A DNA stretch of 42,346 bases from an uncultured Candidatus Peribacteria bacterium (GCA_964632375.1 CAZWBO010000003.1:3678-46023); one strand, 5' to 3'. Numbered from the stretch's first letter, positions 24,426-33,883 are shown. Translations and numbers: made by a program. The notes: generated from the sequence alone by a model not told the origin.

Positions 24426-24506
24426 TAGTTATTGGTTCTTAGTTATTAGTTCTCCACATCCTTACCTTACTACCAACTAGAAACTAGCAACTAACAACTA
24501 GAAACC
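24426..24506. repeat. 7-nt tandem units TAGTTNN x4 facing inverted AACTANN x4 (long imperfect hairpin) between rpsK and rpsD
   Basis: Left arm tagttattggttcttagttattagttctcc (24426-24455); right arm ccaactagaaactagcaactaacaactagaaacc (24473-24506). Confidence 0.75.
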
Positions 24507-24543
24507 CCTCGATTCTCTCATCACCACCACTCCACTCAAGACT

Positions 24544-25161
24544 ATGAAGTACACAGGACCAAAAGCGAAGCGCTGCCGCCGCCAGGGCATGAACCTCTTC
24601 GGCACCGACAAGTACGACAAGATCCTCCAGCGCAAGCCGCAGGGGCCGGGCAAGAGCCCGCGCGACCAGAAGGGCGGCAAGCTGTCGGAGTTCGGCCAGC
24701 AGTTGAAGGAGAAGCAGAAGGCGCGCGACATGTACGGTCTCTCGGAGAGCCAGTTCCACCGTCTCTACCGCGAGGCGTCCCGCGTGAGCGGCCAGACGGG
24801 CGAGGCGCTCAAGCAGCTTCTGGAGCGTCGTCTCGACAACGTTGTCTACCGCAGCGGATTGGCCATGACACGCATGCAGTCGCGCCAATTCGTCAGTCAC
24901 GGCCTCTTCCTGGTCGACGGCGTCCGCGTGACTACCCCGAGCTTCCGCGTGAAGCCGGGCCAGGTGATCACCCTGCGCCCGCGCGCGAAGAACTCGCCCG
25001 TCTTCGGGCCCATCCAGGCCGCGCACGAGAAGTACAATCCGCCCGTGTGGCTCAAGATGGACCGTGGCGGCATGAAGGTGGAGGTGATGTCGCTGCCCTC
25101 GCCGGAGGACGCCGAGAAGGCGATCGACACCCGGCAGATCATCGAATTCTACTCGCGTTAA
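24544..25161 (+). CDS. rpsD: 30S ribosomal protein S4
   Basis: MKYTGPKAKRCRRQGMNLF...LERRLDNVVYRSGLA... Confidence 0.95.
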   Translation: MKYTGPKAKRCRRQGMNLFGTDKYDKILQRKPQGPGKSPRDQKGGKLSEFGQQLKEKQKARDMYGLSESQFHRLYREASRVSGQTGEALKQLLERRLDNVVYRSGLAMTRMQSRQFVSHGLFLVDGVRVTTPSFRVKPGQVITLRPRAKNSPVFGPIQAAHEKYNPPVWLKMDRGGMKVEVMSLPSPEDAEKAIDTRQIIEFYSR

Positions 25162-25198
25162 TCGCGCTTCCCCCTCTTCCTCCCTTCTCCTCTCCGCT

Positions 25199-26194
25199 AT
25201 GCATATCATTCAGGAAGAAATCGGCCTACCGACATTCACGGTCACACCGGTGAAGAAGGGGGACGATACTCACGCGGTCTTCACCATCGCGCCGCTCCCG
25301 CCGGGGTACGCCATGACACTGGGCAACGGCCTGCGCCGCGTGCTCCTCTCCAGCCTTCCTGGCGCCGCCGTCTCGTCCGTCCGCATCAGCAGCGTGCAGC
25401 ACGAGTACACGACCATCAAGGGCGTGCGCGAGTCGATTCTCGATTTCACGCTCAACCTCAAGGGTCTGAAGATCCGCAAGCACCGCAAGGAGCCGGAAGT
25501 CATCACGCTCGAGGCCAAAGGCCCGGCCACGGTGACGGCGAAGGATCTCAAAGTGTCGTCCGACATCGAGATTCTCAACCCGGAGCTCGAGCTGCTCACG
25601 CTCGAGAAAGGCGCGTCCATCGACATGCAGATCACGATTGAGAAGGGCGTGGGGTACATCTCGGCATCCGAGCGCAACAAGAAGCAGAACGAGCCGGGGC
25701 TCATCTACATCGACGCCATCTACTCCCCGGTCATCAAAGTGCGCTTCGATGTCGAGGCGGCACGCGTCGGTCAGCGCACCGATCTCGAGAAGCTCACGCT
25801 GGACGTGAAGACGAACGGTTCGCTCACGGCCGAAGAGGCCATGCAATTCGCCTCGCAGCTGCTGCAGAGCTACTACGGGTACTTCGGATCCGACCAGAAG
25901 GTGGTGGAGCCGGAGTTCATCGCCGACTTCTCGCGCTCGGCCGCCGCGCACGTGGAAGACAGCACGCACACGCCGGTGAAGGAAACGTACACGCCCATCG
26001 AGATCCTCAATTTCTCGCCGCGCACGCTCAACGCGCTCATCAATGCCGGCGTGGGATCCATCGAGCAGCTCACGAAATGCACCGAGGCGACGCTCTCGAA
26101 CTTCCGCGGCTTCGGCGCCAAGGCGCTCGACGAGGTGAAGGCCACGCTCGGGGAACGCGGATTGAAATTGGCGTCCGACACGATGGATGCTTGA
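25199..26194 (+). CDS. rpoA: DNA-directed RNA polymerase subunit alpha
   Basis: 331 aa with an N-terminal dimerisation domain and C-terminal LNFSPRTLNALINAGVGSIEQL (alpha-CTD HhH). Confidence 0.95.
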   Translation: MHIIQEEIGLPTFTVTPVKKGDDTHAVFTIAPLPPGYAMTLGNGLRRVLLSSLPGAAVSSVRISSVQHEYTTIKGVRESILDFTLNLKGLKIRKHRKEPEVITLEAKGPATVTAKDLKVSSDIEILNPELELLTLEKGASIDMQITIEKGVGYISASERNKKQNEPGLIYIDAIYSPVIKVRFDVEAARVGQRTDLEKLTLDVKTNGSLTAEEAMQFASQLLQSYYGYFGSDQKVVEPEFIADFSRSAAAHVEDSTHTPVKETYTPIEILNFSPRTLNALINAGVGSIEQLTKCTEATLSNFRGFGAKALDEVKATLGERGLKLASDTMDA

Positions 26195-26297
26195 TACCCG
26201 GAGCCGGAGACGCCATGGTATGGCGTCTCTACAATGCTTGCGCGACGATTGACAATCATTATCGAACCATCCACCATTCTCGCCCCCGAAAATTCCC

Positions 26298-26765
26298 ATG
26301 CGTCACCGACAATCCCGCCTCCGGCTCCGCCAGAAACCGCATCACGCGCGGCTCATCCAGCGCAACCTCGTCACATCGCTCTTCCTGTACGAGAGCGTGC
26401 GCACCACGAAGAAGCGCGCCGAGGTCGTCCGTCCGATGGTCGATCGCCTCATCACGACGGTGAAGACGAAGGAGCCCGTGAACGCCATTCGCACCATCAA
26501 CGCGGTACTCACCGACAAGAACGCCAGTCGCAAGATGATGGAGGTGATGAAGGCGCGCTACGCGAAGCGTACGTCCGGCTTCACGCGCATGACGCCGCTC
26601 GGCGCGCGCAAGGGCGATGGCGCGGAACTTGTGACCCTCTCGCTCGTCGAAGGCGAGGCCGTGACGGTGGCCCCCAAGGTCAAGAAGCCGAGAGCCGCCA
26701 AGAAGCCGGCTGCGAAGAAGACGACTGCCAAACAGACCGCATCCGATTCCGCCTCCGCATCATGA
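26298..26765 (+). CDS. rplQ: 50S ribosomal protein L17 (Lys/Ala-rich C-terminal tail)
   Basis: MRHRQSRLRLRQKPHHARLIQRNLVTSLFLYESVRTTKKRA... Confidence 0.95.
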   Translation: MRHRQSRLRLRQKPHHARLIQRNLVTSLFLYESVRTTKKRAEVVRPMVDRLITTVKTKEPVNAIRTINAVLTDKNASRKMMEVMKARYAKRTSGFTRMTPLGARKGDGAELVTLSLVEGEAVTVAPKVKKPRAAKKPAAKKTTAKQTASDSASAS

Positions 26766-27193
26766 AGACGACGACAGTTCCCGTGACGGCCCCCGCCTGG
26801 CATCTGGTCGATGCCGAAGGGCAGACCATCGGCCGCGTGGCCGCCAAGATCGCGCACGTCCTGCGCGGCAAGCACAAGCCGACTTTCTCGCCGCATCAGC
26901 TGTGCGGAGACCACATCGTCCTCGTTAATATCGAGAAGCTCGCCGTCACGCCCACCAAGGCGATGAAGAAGCTCTACCGCGACCACACCGGCTACCCCGG
27001 CCATCTCAAGACGCGCACGCTGGGCAAGGTGATGAAGGAAGGCCCGGCCGAGGTCATCGAGCGCGCGGTCAAAGGCATGCTCCCGCACAACCGCCTCCGC
27101 CCGCAGATGCTCAAGCGTCTGCACATCTTCCAGGGCGCCGAGCACACGTACGCCGCCCAGAAGCCCGCCCCTCTCACTCTCTCCGATCTCTAA
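26762..27193 (+). CDS. rplM: 50S ribosomal protein L13
   Basis: ATGA overlap with the rplQ stop. MKTTTVPVTAPAWHLVDAEGQTIGRVAAKIAHVLRGKHKPTFSPH... is the C-terminal part of the 319-aa track ORF. Confidence 0.9.
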   Translation: MKTTTVPVTAPAWHLVDAEGQTIGRVAAKIAHVLRGKHKPTFSPHQLCGDHIVLVNIEKLAVTPTKAMKKLYRDHTGYPGHLKTRTLGKVMKEGPAEVIERAVKGMLPHNRLRPQMLKRLHIFQGAEHTYAAQKPAPLTLSDL

Positions 27194-27196
27194 GCC

Positions 27197-27601
27197 ATGA
27201 CGACCGACACCTCCCGCCAGTACTTCTACGGCACCGGCAAGCGCAAGACATCCATCGCCCGCGTGAAGCTCTTCGACGAGGGCAAGGGCGACGTGTTCGT
27301 GAACGGCAAGAAGATGAAGGAGTATTTCGCCGGCCCGCAGGTCGAGAACGCCGTCGCGCCGCTCGCACTCATCGGCAAGAAGGGGTCGTTCGATGTCGAA
27401 GCCATCATCGTCGGCGGCGGCAAGGCGTCGCAGTCGGATGCATTACGCCATGGCATCTCGCGCGCGCTGCTCCTCATCAACCCCGACCATCGCGCCGATC
27501 TCAAGCGCGCCGGATTCCTCCGCCGCGACAGCCGCATCAAGGAGCGCAAGAAGCCGGGACTCAAGCGAGCCCGCCGCGCGCCGCAGTTCAGCAAGCGCTA
27601 A
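27197..27601 (+). CDS. rpsI: 30S ribosomal protein S9
   Basis: YGTGKRKTSIARVKL...GGGKASQSDALRHGISRAL...RRDSRIKERKKPGLKRARRAPQFSKR. Confidence 0.95.
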   Translation: MTTDTSRQYFYGTGKRKTSIARVKLFDEGKGDVFVNGKKMKEYFAGPQVENAVAPLALIGKKGSFDVEAIIVGGGKASQSDALRHGISRALLLINPDHRADLKRAGFLRRDSRIKERKKPGLKRARRAPQFSKR

Positions 27602-27644
27602 TCTCAGCGGTACAGACAGTCGTCCGCTCTGCCAGCGTGCGGTT

Positions 27645-28052
27645 TCAATTCTGTTGATTCAGCCAAATATCGCACTCTTGGCGAGCGATGAGTTGTAGCT
27701 GATGAATCGTATCTTCAGCGTTGCCGCGTGTCACAATGCTCCGCACGTTCGGCGGATCATTGAAGGAGTACGTCACCAGGAAAGGAGCGAGATGACGCAC
27801 GGCCGTATCATGATAATCGCCATTGGATTCCTGCTCTGGCGGGAAAGCTACCATCAGTGTGAGGGGGCGTCGCGTGGTGAGTATCGTTGCAACGATGTCT
27901 GCATCCAGAAGTTGATCTGCACTCTCGGGGGATTGCTCCAGATAGGAGGTGATTCGATTGCAAGTATCCATGGCGCGGGGGAAAGCTCGCGCATTATTCA
28001 CGTCATCGGCTGATTCACGAATAAATTCGCTAGATGCAATCATTTGCATCAA
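27645..28052 (-). CDS. hypothetical protein (135 aa, lower GC)
   Basis: Clean ORF with non-GC-biased composition, convergent with rpsI. No family recognised. Confidence 0.5.
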   Translation of the reverse strand: MMQMIASSEFIRESADDVNNARAFPRAMDTCNRITSYLEQSPESADQLLDADIVATILTTRRPLTLMVAFPPEQESNGDYHDTAVRHLAPFLVTYSFNDPPNVRSIVTRGNAEDTIHQLQLIARQECDIWLNQQN

Positions 28053-28080
28053 ATTCTGTTACATCAATAACAGACTGTCC

Positions 28081-28117
28081 TTGGATTCTTTGGATTCCTC
28101 GGATTCCTAGGATTCCT
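28081..28117. repeat. tandem 9-nt repeat TTGGATTCC x4 (GGAATCC family, inverted orientation)
   Basis: ttggattct ttggattcc tcggattcc taggattcc, lying between the two orphan minus-strand genes. Confidence 0.85.
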
Positions 28118-28125
28118 CGCCTCTT

Positions 28126-28482
28126 TCACATCACCGCCATCCGCACGTAGTACAAGCTCTTCCCTTCCTCCGTATCGAGAATGAACTTCGCATCCAGTTC
28201 CGACAGCTGCAGGATCGTCTGGCACATCTTGAGGAGCATGTGGGGCGGCAGGCCGATGCCCGCCTCGAGGCACGTGGCGCAGAGGCCGGCGGCATCCTTG
28301 GAGCGAAGGTAGCGGTCGCCCTTCTCGAGGATCACGTTGTAGAGCGATTCCTGTACCTGCAGCACGAACGTCTCGACAAACGTCTCGAGCTCTTCGAAGG
28401 GCACGTCGTTCATCTGCGGCAGAACCTCCATGATGTCGAGGTCGGTGTGGATCGCGTGCGCGATGCAGGCATCGATAGTCAT
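28126..28482 (-). CDS. hypothetical protein (118 aa, lower GC)
   Basis: Clean ORF MTIDACIAHAIHTDLDIMEVLPQMNDVPFEELETF... No family recognised. Confidence 0.5.
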   Translation of the reverse strand: MTIDACIAHAIHTDLDIMEVLPQMNDVPFEELETFVETFVLQVQESLYNVILEKGDRYLRSKDAAGLCATCLEAGIGLPPHMLLKMCQTILQLSELDAKFILDTEEGKSLYYVRMAVM

Positions 28483-28685
28483 ACGTGTGGTGGGTGTTTG
28501 TGTGATTCGAACGAATCTGAATATGATACCAAAAAAAGACGTCGCCGGGTAGGGGATCTGCCCTCCGGAAAGCCGAGAGGCATTGCAAAAATGCTAGATG
28601 AAAGTTTGATATATGTTTGTCATTTCAGCCGAACACGCATTCCTCGAACCTTCATATATCCACTGCTATCCTTCATACTCATTCC

Positions 28686-30680
28686 ATGCCCGCATCTGCC
28701 CCGGATTTGCCGTCCCTCCCGTCACGATCTCCACTGCTGTTCGTTATCGGCGGGTTTGTCGTGCTCCTGCTGGGCATCTACGGGGCGTCACTCTCGAATG
28801 GGTTCGTGCGCTGGGATGACGGGCTGCTCATCTACGAGAACCCGGCGATCCGGCATATCTCGCCCTCGACGCTCAAGACAATCTTCACCAGCTACGATCC
28901 GGAGCTCTACATCCCGCTCACGTTCTTCAGCTACCAGATCGATTTTTTGTTCGGCGGCATGCATGCCTTCGTGTATCACCTGCAGAACCTGCTGTGGCAC
29001 GGTCTCAATACGCTCCTCGTTACCTGGCTCGCGTTCCTGCTCACGCGTCGGGGGTGGGCCGCGCTGACGGTGGGGTTGCTCTTCGCCGTCCATCCGCTGC
29101 AGGTGGAGGCAGTGGCGTGGGCGGCCGCGCGGAAAGACGTGCTATCGACATTCTTCTTCCTGTCCTCGATCATTGGGTATCTCTACGCGCGTGCGCGGGT
29201 ATCGCGGCGGCTGTACTGGTTCAGTGTCGGCCTGTTTCTGCTCGGCTTGCTCGCGAAAGTGTCGGTGATCACGCTGCCGCTGGTGCTTCTGTTGATCGAC
29301 GATCTGCAGGGGCGCACGAAGGATCGCAAGATGCTGACGGACAAATTGCCGTACTTCGTTCTGGCCGTCGTCTTCGGCATCGTGGCGGTGGTGGGGAAGC
29401 AGGGGGTGTTTGCGGCGGTGTCGCCGTGGCAGATGCTCCTGCTCGCCTGCCGCAGCACGGTCTTTTACCTGCAGGCGCTCGCGTGGCCCGCGTACTATGA
29501 CGTGCTCTATCCGTTCGACCGATCCATCGCAATCGCGGTGCCCGAGATACTGCTCTCGGTGCTGATCGTCCTCGGCATGATCGCTCTGGCGCTTGTGCTG
29601 TACCGACGGCAACGGTGGGTGTTCTTCGGCGTGTGCTTCTACCTGCTCACGCTCGCGCCGACGATGACGAACCTCATCAAAGCGAACCACACGTACCTCG
29701 GCTCCGATCGCTACGCGTACATACCGTCCATCGCCGTGTTCCTGCTGGTGGCGTACGGGCTGGCGCGCTGGGTGGAGACGCGCAGCCGCCAGTCGGCGCG
29801 CGAGCGCCTGGGGCTCATCGCCACCGCCTCGCTCGGCGTATTGGTGGTGGGGTTGGCAGTACGCAGCCACGTGCAGGCGGCGGTGTGGCGCAACAGCGAG
29901 GCGCTGTTCCTCAACGTACTGGCGCGGTACCCGGATTCCGACATCGCGCATAACAATCTCGGCAACGTGTACCGCCGCCAGGGGCGGTTGGACGACGCCA
30001 TGAAGCACCTGCAGGCCGCTCTCGCATCGGCGCCGGCCGACGCGAAGAACAACATCGCGAACGTGTTGCGTGCGCAGGGCGATCTCCCTGCCGCCGAGAA
30101 GAGCCTGCAGGAGGCGCTGGCCGCCAAGCCGAACGCGAAGATCTACGTGAACTTGGGGGCGGTGTATCGCAAACAGGGAAAGATGCTCGATGCACTGGCG
30201 CAGTACGAGAAGGCGCTGGCACTGGACCAGCAGAGCGCGGAAGCGCAGTTCGGCCTCGGCATCGTGTACGCCGAGATGGGCGAGACGCAGAAGGCATTGG
30301 ATGCCTACGCGGAAGCCATCAAGCTGCAGCCGCTCTACGCCGATGTGTACGTCAACCGCGGCGCGCTGCACGTCGCATCGAGCGAGTTCGACGAGGCACT
30401 CGCCGATTTCCAACAGGCCATCGAGATCGCGCCGGATTTTTCACAGGCGCACTACAATCTCGCCGTCCTCTACGAGAAGCTGGATCAGCCGGAACAAGCG
30501 AAGAAAGAGTACGAGGCGACGCTGCGCGTGCAGGACGACTACACGCCGGCGCACATCAACCTGGGCCTGCTCCTGCATGCGTCGGGCGACACGGACGGTG
30601 CGCGACGGCAGTTCCAGGCCATCCTTCGGTACGACCCGCAGAACCGCGCGGCACTCTCGGCCATCGAACAGTTGCGCTGA
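28686..30680 (+). CDS. GT-C-fold membrane glycosyltransferase-like protein with C-terminal TPR array (TMTC/PMT_2/DUF1736-like)
   Basis: From ATG 28686. FVRWDDGLLIYENPAIRHISP...YDPELYIPLTFFSYQIDF...YHLQNLLWHGLNTLLV...LFAVHPLQVEAVAWAAARKDVL, then many transmembrane segments and at least 6 TPRs (NNLGNVYRRQGRLDDAMKHLQAAL...). It is a paralogue of 40155-41741. Confidence 0.8.
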   Translation: MPASAPDLPSLPSRSPLLFVIGGFVVLLLGIYGASLSNGFVRWDDGLLIYENPAIRHISPSTLKTIFTSYDPELYIPLTFFSYQIDFLFGGMHAFVYHLQNLLWHGLNTLLVTWLAFLLTRRGWAALTVGLLFAVHPLQVEAVAWAAARKDVLSTFFFLSSIIGYLYARARVSRRLYWFSVGLFLLGLLAKVSVITLPLVLLLIDDLQGRTKDRKMLTDKLPYFVLAVVFGIVAVVGKQGVFAAVSPWQMLLLACRSTVFYLQALAWPAYYDVLYPFDRSIAIAVPEILLSVLIVLGMIALALVLYRRQRWVFFGVCFYLLTLAPTMTNLIKANHTYLGSDRYAYIPSIAVFLLVAYGLARWVETRSRQSARERLGLIATASLGVLVVGLAVRSHVQAAVWRNSEALFLNVLARYPDSDIAHNNLGNVYRRQGRLDDAMKHLQAALASAPADAKNNIANVLRAQGDLPAAEKSLQEALAAKPNAKIYVNLGAVYRKQGKMLDALAQYEKALALDQQSAEAQFGLGIVYAEMGETQKALDAYAEAIKLQPLYADVYVNRGALHVASSEFDEALADFQQAIEIAPDFSQAHYNLAVLYEKLDQPEQAKKEYEATLRVQDDYTPAHINLGLLLHASGDTDGARRQFQAILRYDPQNRAALSAIEQLR

Positions 30681-30716
30681 TTTGTCCTGGCCAGCGAGTG
30701 CGGTACACTGCCGTGT

Positions 30717-31259
30717 ATGGGACGGCAATACAGGCAGATCCTCATCGCCACGCTTGTACTGAGCGTCTTCGTGGCGGCGTGTACCAAACAGGAGACTCCT
30801 CCGACGGCAACCACGCTGCCCGCCACCACCGGCCTGCAGACGCACGAAGGGAAAGGCGGCGGATTCGCCGTCGATCTTCCCGGCGATTGGGTGGCATTTA
30901 CCGCAAAAGATCGTGCCCCCATCGCGATCACCGCGGTCGGTGACGTGTTGGAGTACGGGAAGGGCAGTGACACACTCATGACGGCCGAGGTTCTCTCGTC
31001 GGCAACCGCCGCGCGACAGCCCGATGAGACATGGCTGCAGTTCTACGTGCGCGTCCTGCTCTCGCCGCGCACATTCAATTGGGGGAAAGTGACGATGGGC
31101 GCGAACGCCTACGACCACCTCACGCTCACGCAGCCCGGGGACGGGCTCATGCCGCATCAGTATCTGATGACGCTCAGCCCGGATAGTGCGCTCGTTCTGG
31201 GGTTCAACGACACCGGCGAGACGACGCGGATGGTGCTCGGGAGTGTGAGGAAGAAATAA
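30717..31259 (+). CDS. lipoprotein (PsbP/DUF1795-like?)
   Basis: Lipobox LSVFVAAC, followed by a Thr/Pro-rich linker and [11 protein letters not shown]. Confidence 0.65.
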   Translation: MGRQYRQILIATLVLSVFVAACTKQETPPTATTLPATTGLQTHEGKGGGFAVDLPGDWVAFTAKDRAPIAITAVGDVLEYGKGSDTLMTAEVLSSATAARQPDETWLQFYVRVLLSPRTFNWGKVTMGANAYDHLTLTQPGDGLMPHQYLMTLSPDSALVLGFNDTGETTRMVLGSVRKK

Positions 31260-31375
31260 GAGGGACAGCAAGGATGAAGCACGAAATTCAAAAAACTCGT
31301 ACGTCAAATGTCGGATGTCGTGCTTCGCAATCGTCCTTTCTCCCCTTTTTGCCTTCCCCATGCTATGCTCCCGCC

Positions 31376-31906
31376 ATGTCCACCCCCTCCCCCCTCGTCG
31401 GCATCATCATGGGTTCCACGTCCGATTGGGAGACGATGCAGCACGCGGCGGAAATGCTTGAGCAACTGGGTGTGCCGTACGAGAAGAAAGTGGTATCCGC
31501 GCACCGCACGCCGGATCTCCTCTACGCGTACGCGAAGGCGGCCGAGGAGCGCGGGTTGCAGGTGATCATCGCGGGGGCCGGCGGCTCGGCGCACCTGCCG
31601 GGGATGACGGCGAGCATGACGGTGCTGCCCGTGTTGGGGGTACCGGTGGAGACGAAGACGCTCAAGGGCATCGATTCGCTCCTCTCCATCGTGCAGATGC
31701 CGGGTGGGATTCCCGTGGGGACGCTCGCCATCGGCAAGGCCGGCGCGACCAATGCGGCGCTGCTGGCGGCGGAGATTCTCGGCGCCGCACATCCGCACAT
31801 CCGCGAAGCGGTACGCGCGTTCCGTGCCGAGCAGACGAAGACGGTGATGGAGCAGGGCGATCCGTCACAAGCGAAAACCAAGAAGCGTTCCGCGAAGCGT
31901 TCATGA
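31376..31906 (+). CDS. purE: N5-carboxyaminoimidazole ribonucleotide mutase (class I PurE)
   Basis: From ATG 31376: [21 protein letters not shown]...SAHRTPD...[14 protein letters not shown]. Confidence 0.9.
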   Translation: MSTPSPLVGIIMGSTSDWETMQHAAEMLEQLGVPYEKKVVSAHRTPDLLYAYAKAAEERGLQVIIAGAGGSAHLPGMTASMTVLPVLGVPVETKTLKGIDSLLSIVQMPGGIPVGTLAIGKAGATNAALLAAEILGAAHPHIREAVRAFRAEQTKTVMEQGDPSQAKTKKRSAKRS

Positions 31907-32985
31907 TCATCGGCATCGTCGGCGGCGGCCAGTTGGCGCAGATGCTGGGGTTGGCCGGCAAGCCGATGGGACATTCCTTCCGTATCCTCGATCCATCCCT
32001 CGTCGCTCCCGCTCGCACGGTCGGCACGCTGGTAGAAGGCGCCTACGACGATCGCGACGCGCTGATGCAACTGGCGGAAGGCTGCGACGTGGTCACGTTC
32101 GATTTCGAGAACGTACCGGCGAGCTCCGTGCAATTCCTCTCGACAAAAGTTCCGGTATTCCCGGGCGCGGATATTCTGGCCATTGCGCAGGATCGTTTCG
32201 AAGAAAAGACCACGTTCGAGTCGCTCGGCATTCCCACGCCCGCATTCGCGCTCGTCGATTCGCTCGATGATGTGCAATTTGCGCTCCAGGATCTGCATGT
32301 TCCCGCCGTGCTGAAGACACGGCGGCAAGGGTACGACGGCAAGGGGCAAGCGGTTCTCCGCTCCGCGGAAGATATTGTGTCGGCGTGGGAGAAAATCGGC
32401 GATGTGCCGCTATTGGTGGAGAAGTTCATTCCATTCGATCGCGAAGTGTCGCTCCTCTCCGTGCGCGGCCGCACGGGGGAGATCGCCTTCTATCCGCTCA
32501 TCGAGAACGTGCACCGGGAGGGGATTCTCCGCGTGTCGCGTGCACCGGCGCACGCGACGGATGTACTGCAGCACACGGCGCAGCAGTACGCCCGATCCAT
32601 CCTTGAAAAATTCTCGTACGTCGGTGTGCTCGCTATTGAATTTTGCCAGGTGGGTGATCAACTCATGGCCATCGAGATGGCGCCGCGCGTGCACAACTCC
32701 GGCCACCTCACCATCGAGGCGGCGGCCACGAGCCAGTTCGAGAACCACCTGCGCGCCATCAGCGGCATGCCGCTCGGGCCTACCGAGATTGCCAAGCCGT
32801 CGGCCATGGTGAATTTGATCGGCACGATTCCGTCGGAAAAATCACTCGCCGCGATTCCCGGTGCCTCTGTGCATGTGTACGGCAAGGAGCCGAGGCCCGG
32901 GCGAAAATTGGGCCATGTGACCGTGGTGAGGGAGACGTGGGAGGAGGTGGAGGAGAGTATCAAACACAGTGAGTCTCTTCTGTAG
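31903..32985 (+). CDS. purK: N5-carboxyaminoimidazole ribonucleotide synthase
   Basis: ATGA overlap with pur[16 protein letters not shown]... has an ATP-grasp layout and [11 protein letters not shown]. Confidence 0.9.
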   Translation: MIIGIVGGGQLAQMLGLAGKPMGHSFRILDPSLVAPARTVGTLVEGAYDDRDALMQLAEGCDVVTFDFENVPASSVQFLSTKVPVFPGADILAIAQDRFEEKTTFESLGIPTPAFALVDSLDDVQFALQDLHVPAVLKTRRQGYDGKGQAVLRSAEDIVSAWEKIGDVPLLVEKFIPFDREVSLLSVRGRTGEIAFYPLIENVHREGILRVSRAPAHATDVLQHTAQQYARSILEKFSYVGVLAIEFCQVGDQLMAIEMAPRVHNSGHLTIEAAATSQFENHLRAISGMPLGPTEIAKPSAMVNLIGTIPSEKSLAAIPGASVHVYGKEPRPGRKLGHVTVVRETWEEVEESIKHSESLL

Positions 32986-33062
32986 GCATCTGGAGAGCGG
33001 GCTTTCTGCCCCCGGTGCACAGCGATAGCACAGTTCCCTCAGTTCCATGTATTGCTTGAGAG

Positions 33063-33125
33063 AACTAACAACTATCAACGAACAACAAGAAACCAATAAA
33101 CCAGTACACCAATCAACCAATCACC
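33063..33125. repeat. 7-8-nt periodic AAC-rich oligorepeat ending in the ATTGGTTG family (inverted orientation), at the uppP 3' end
   Basis: aactaac aactatc aacgaac aacaaga aaccaat aaaccag tacaccaatc aaccaatc acc. The reverse complement contains attggttgattggtg. Confidence 0.7.
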
Positions 33126-33883
33126 ACCCACGCCACCACAGCCGCCACTACCCGGTACAAGCCGAACGGCGTGAACGTGTGGGTCTGAATGAAGCGCACC
33201 AGCCAGCGGATCGCGACGAGCGCGACGAGGAAGGAGACGAGGACGCCGACGGCGAGTTCTTGGTATTCCGGCATGGTGAACGTGTGGGCGCTCTTGAACA
33301 AATCGAGGGCCGTGGCGGCGAGCATGGTGGGGATGGCGAGCAGGAACGAGAACTCCACGATGGCGCGTCGTCGCAGGCCGAGCAGCAGGCCGCCGATGAT
33401 GGTGGCCGCGGAGCGGGAGACGCCGGGAACGATGGCGATGGATTGCGCGAGGCCGATCAGCGCCGCTTGCGCGTACGTGAGCTTGCTCAGATCGTCGAGT
33501 GCGTCATCTTCCTCTTGATGCAGGCGCTCGAACAGGAGGATGACGAGACCGCCGATCAGCATGCTCCACAGAACAACGGTCGTGTTATCCAGAAGGTATC
33601 GCTTCACGAAGCCATGCAATGCGAGGCCGATGACGGCCGTGGGTAAAAAGCCGATGCACACACGCAGCAGCACCGCACGGTTCACCAGTAGCTGCCGGCC
33701 GTAGAGCACGATGACGGCGAGGATGGCGCCGGACTGAATGGCGATCTCGAAACTCTTCTGGAACTCCGTGTCCGGCAAGCGCAGCAGATGCGATGCGAGG
33801 ATCAGGTGGCCGGTCGACGAGATCGGGAGGAATTCGGTAATGCCTTCGACGATGCCGAGGAGAGCCGCGTGCAGGAGTGTCAT
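33113..33883 (-). CDS. uppP: undecaprenyl-diphosphate phosphatase
   Basis: From the internal ATG (complement of 33881-33883): MTLLHAALLGIVEGITEFLPISSTGHLIL...PGVSRSAATIIGG. Confidence 0.9.
   Translation of the reverse strand: MTLLHAALLGIVEGITEFLPISSTGHLILASHLLRLPDTEFQKSFEIAIQSGAILAVIVLYGRQLLVNRAVLLRVCIGFLPTAVIGLALHGFVKRYLLDNTTVVLWSMLIGGLVILLFERLHQEEDDALDDLSKLTYAQAALIGLAQSIAIVPGVSRSAATIIGGLLLGLRRRAIVEFSFLLAIPTMLAATALDLFKSAHTFTMPEYQELAVGVLVSFLVALVAIRWLVRFIQTHTFTPFGLYRVVAAVVAWVVIG

Noticed and set aside
28081-28117. CRISPR array.
   Set aside because: The repeat period is only 9 nt with no unique spacers. The same applies to the 7-8-nt arrays elsewhere. No cas genes are present.
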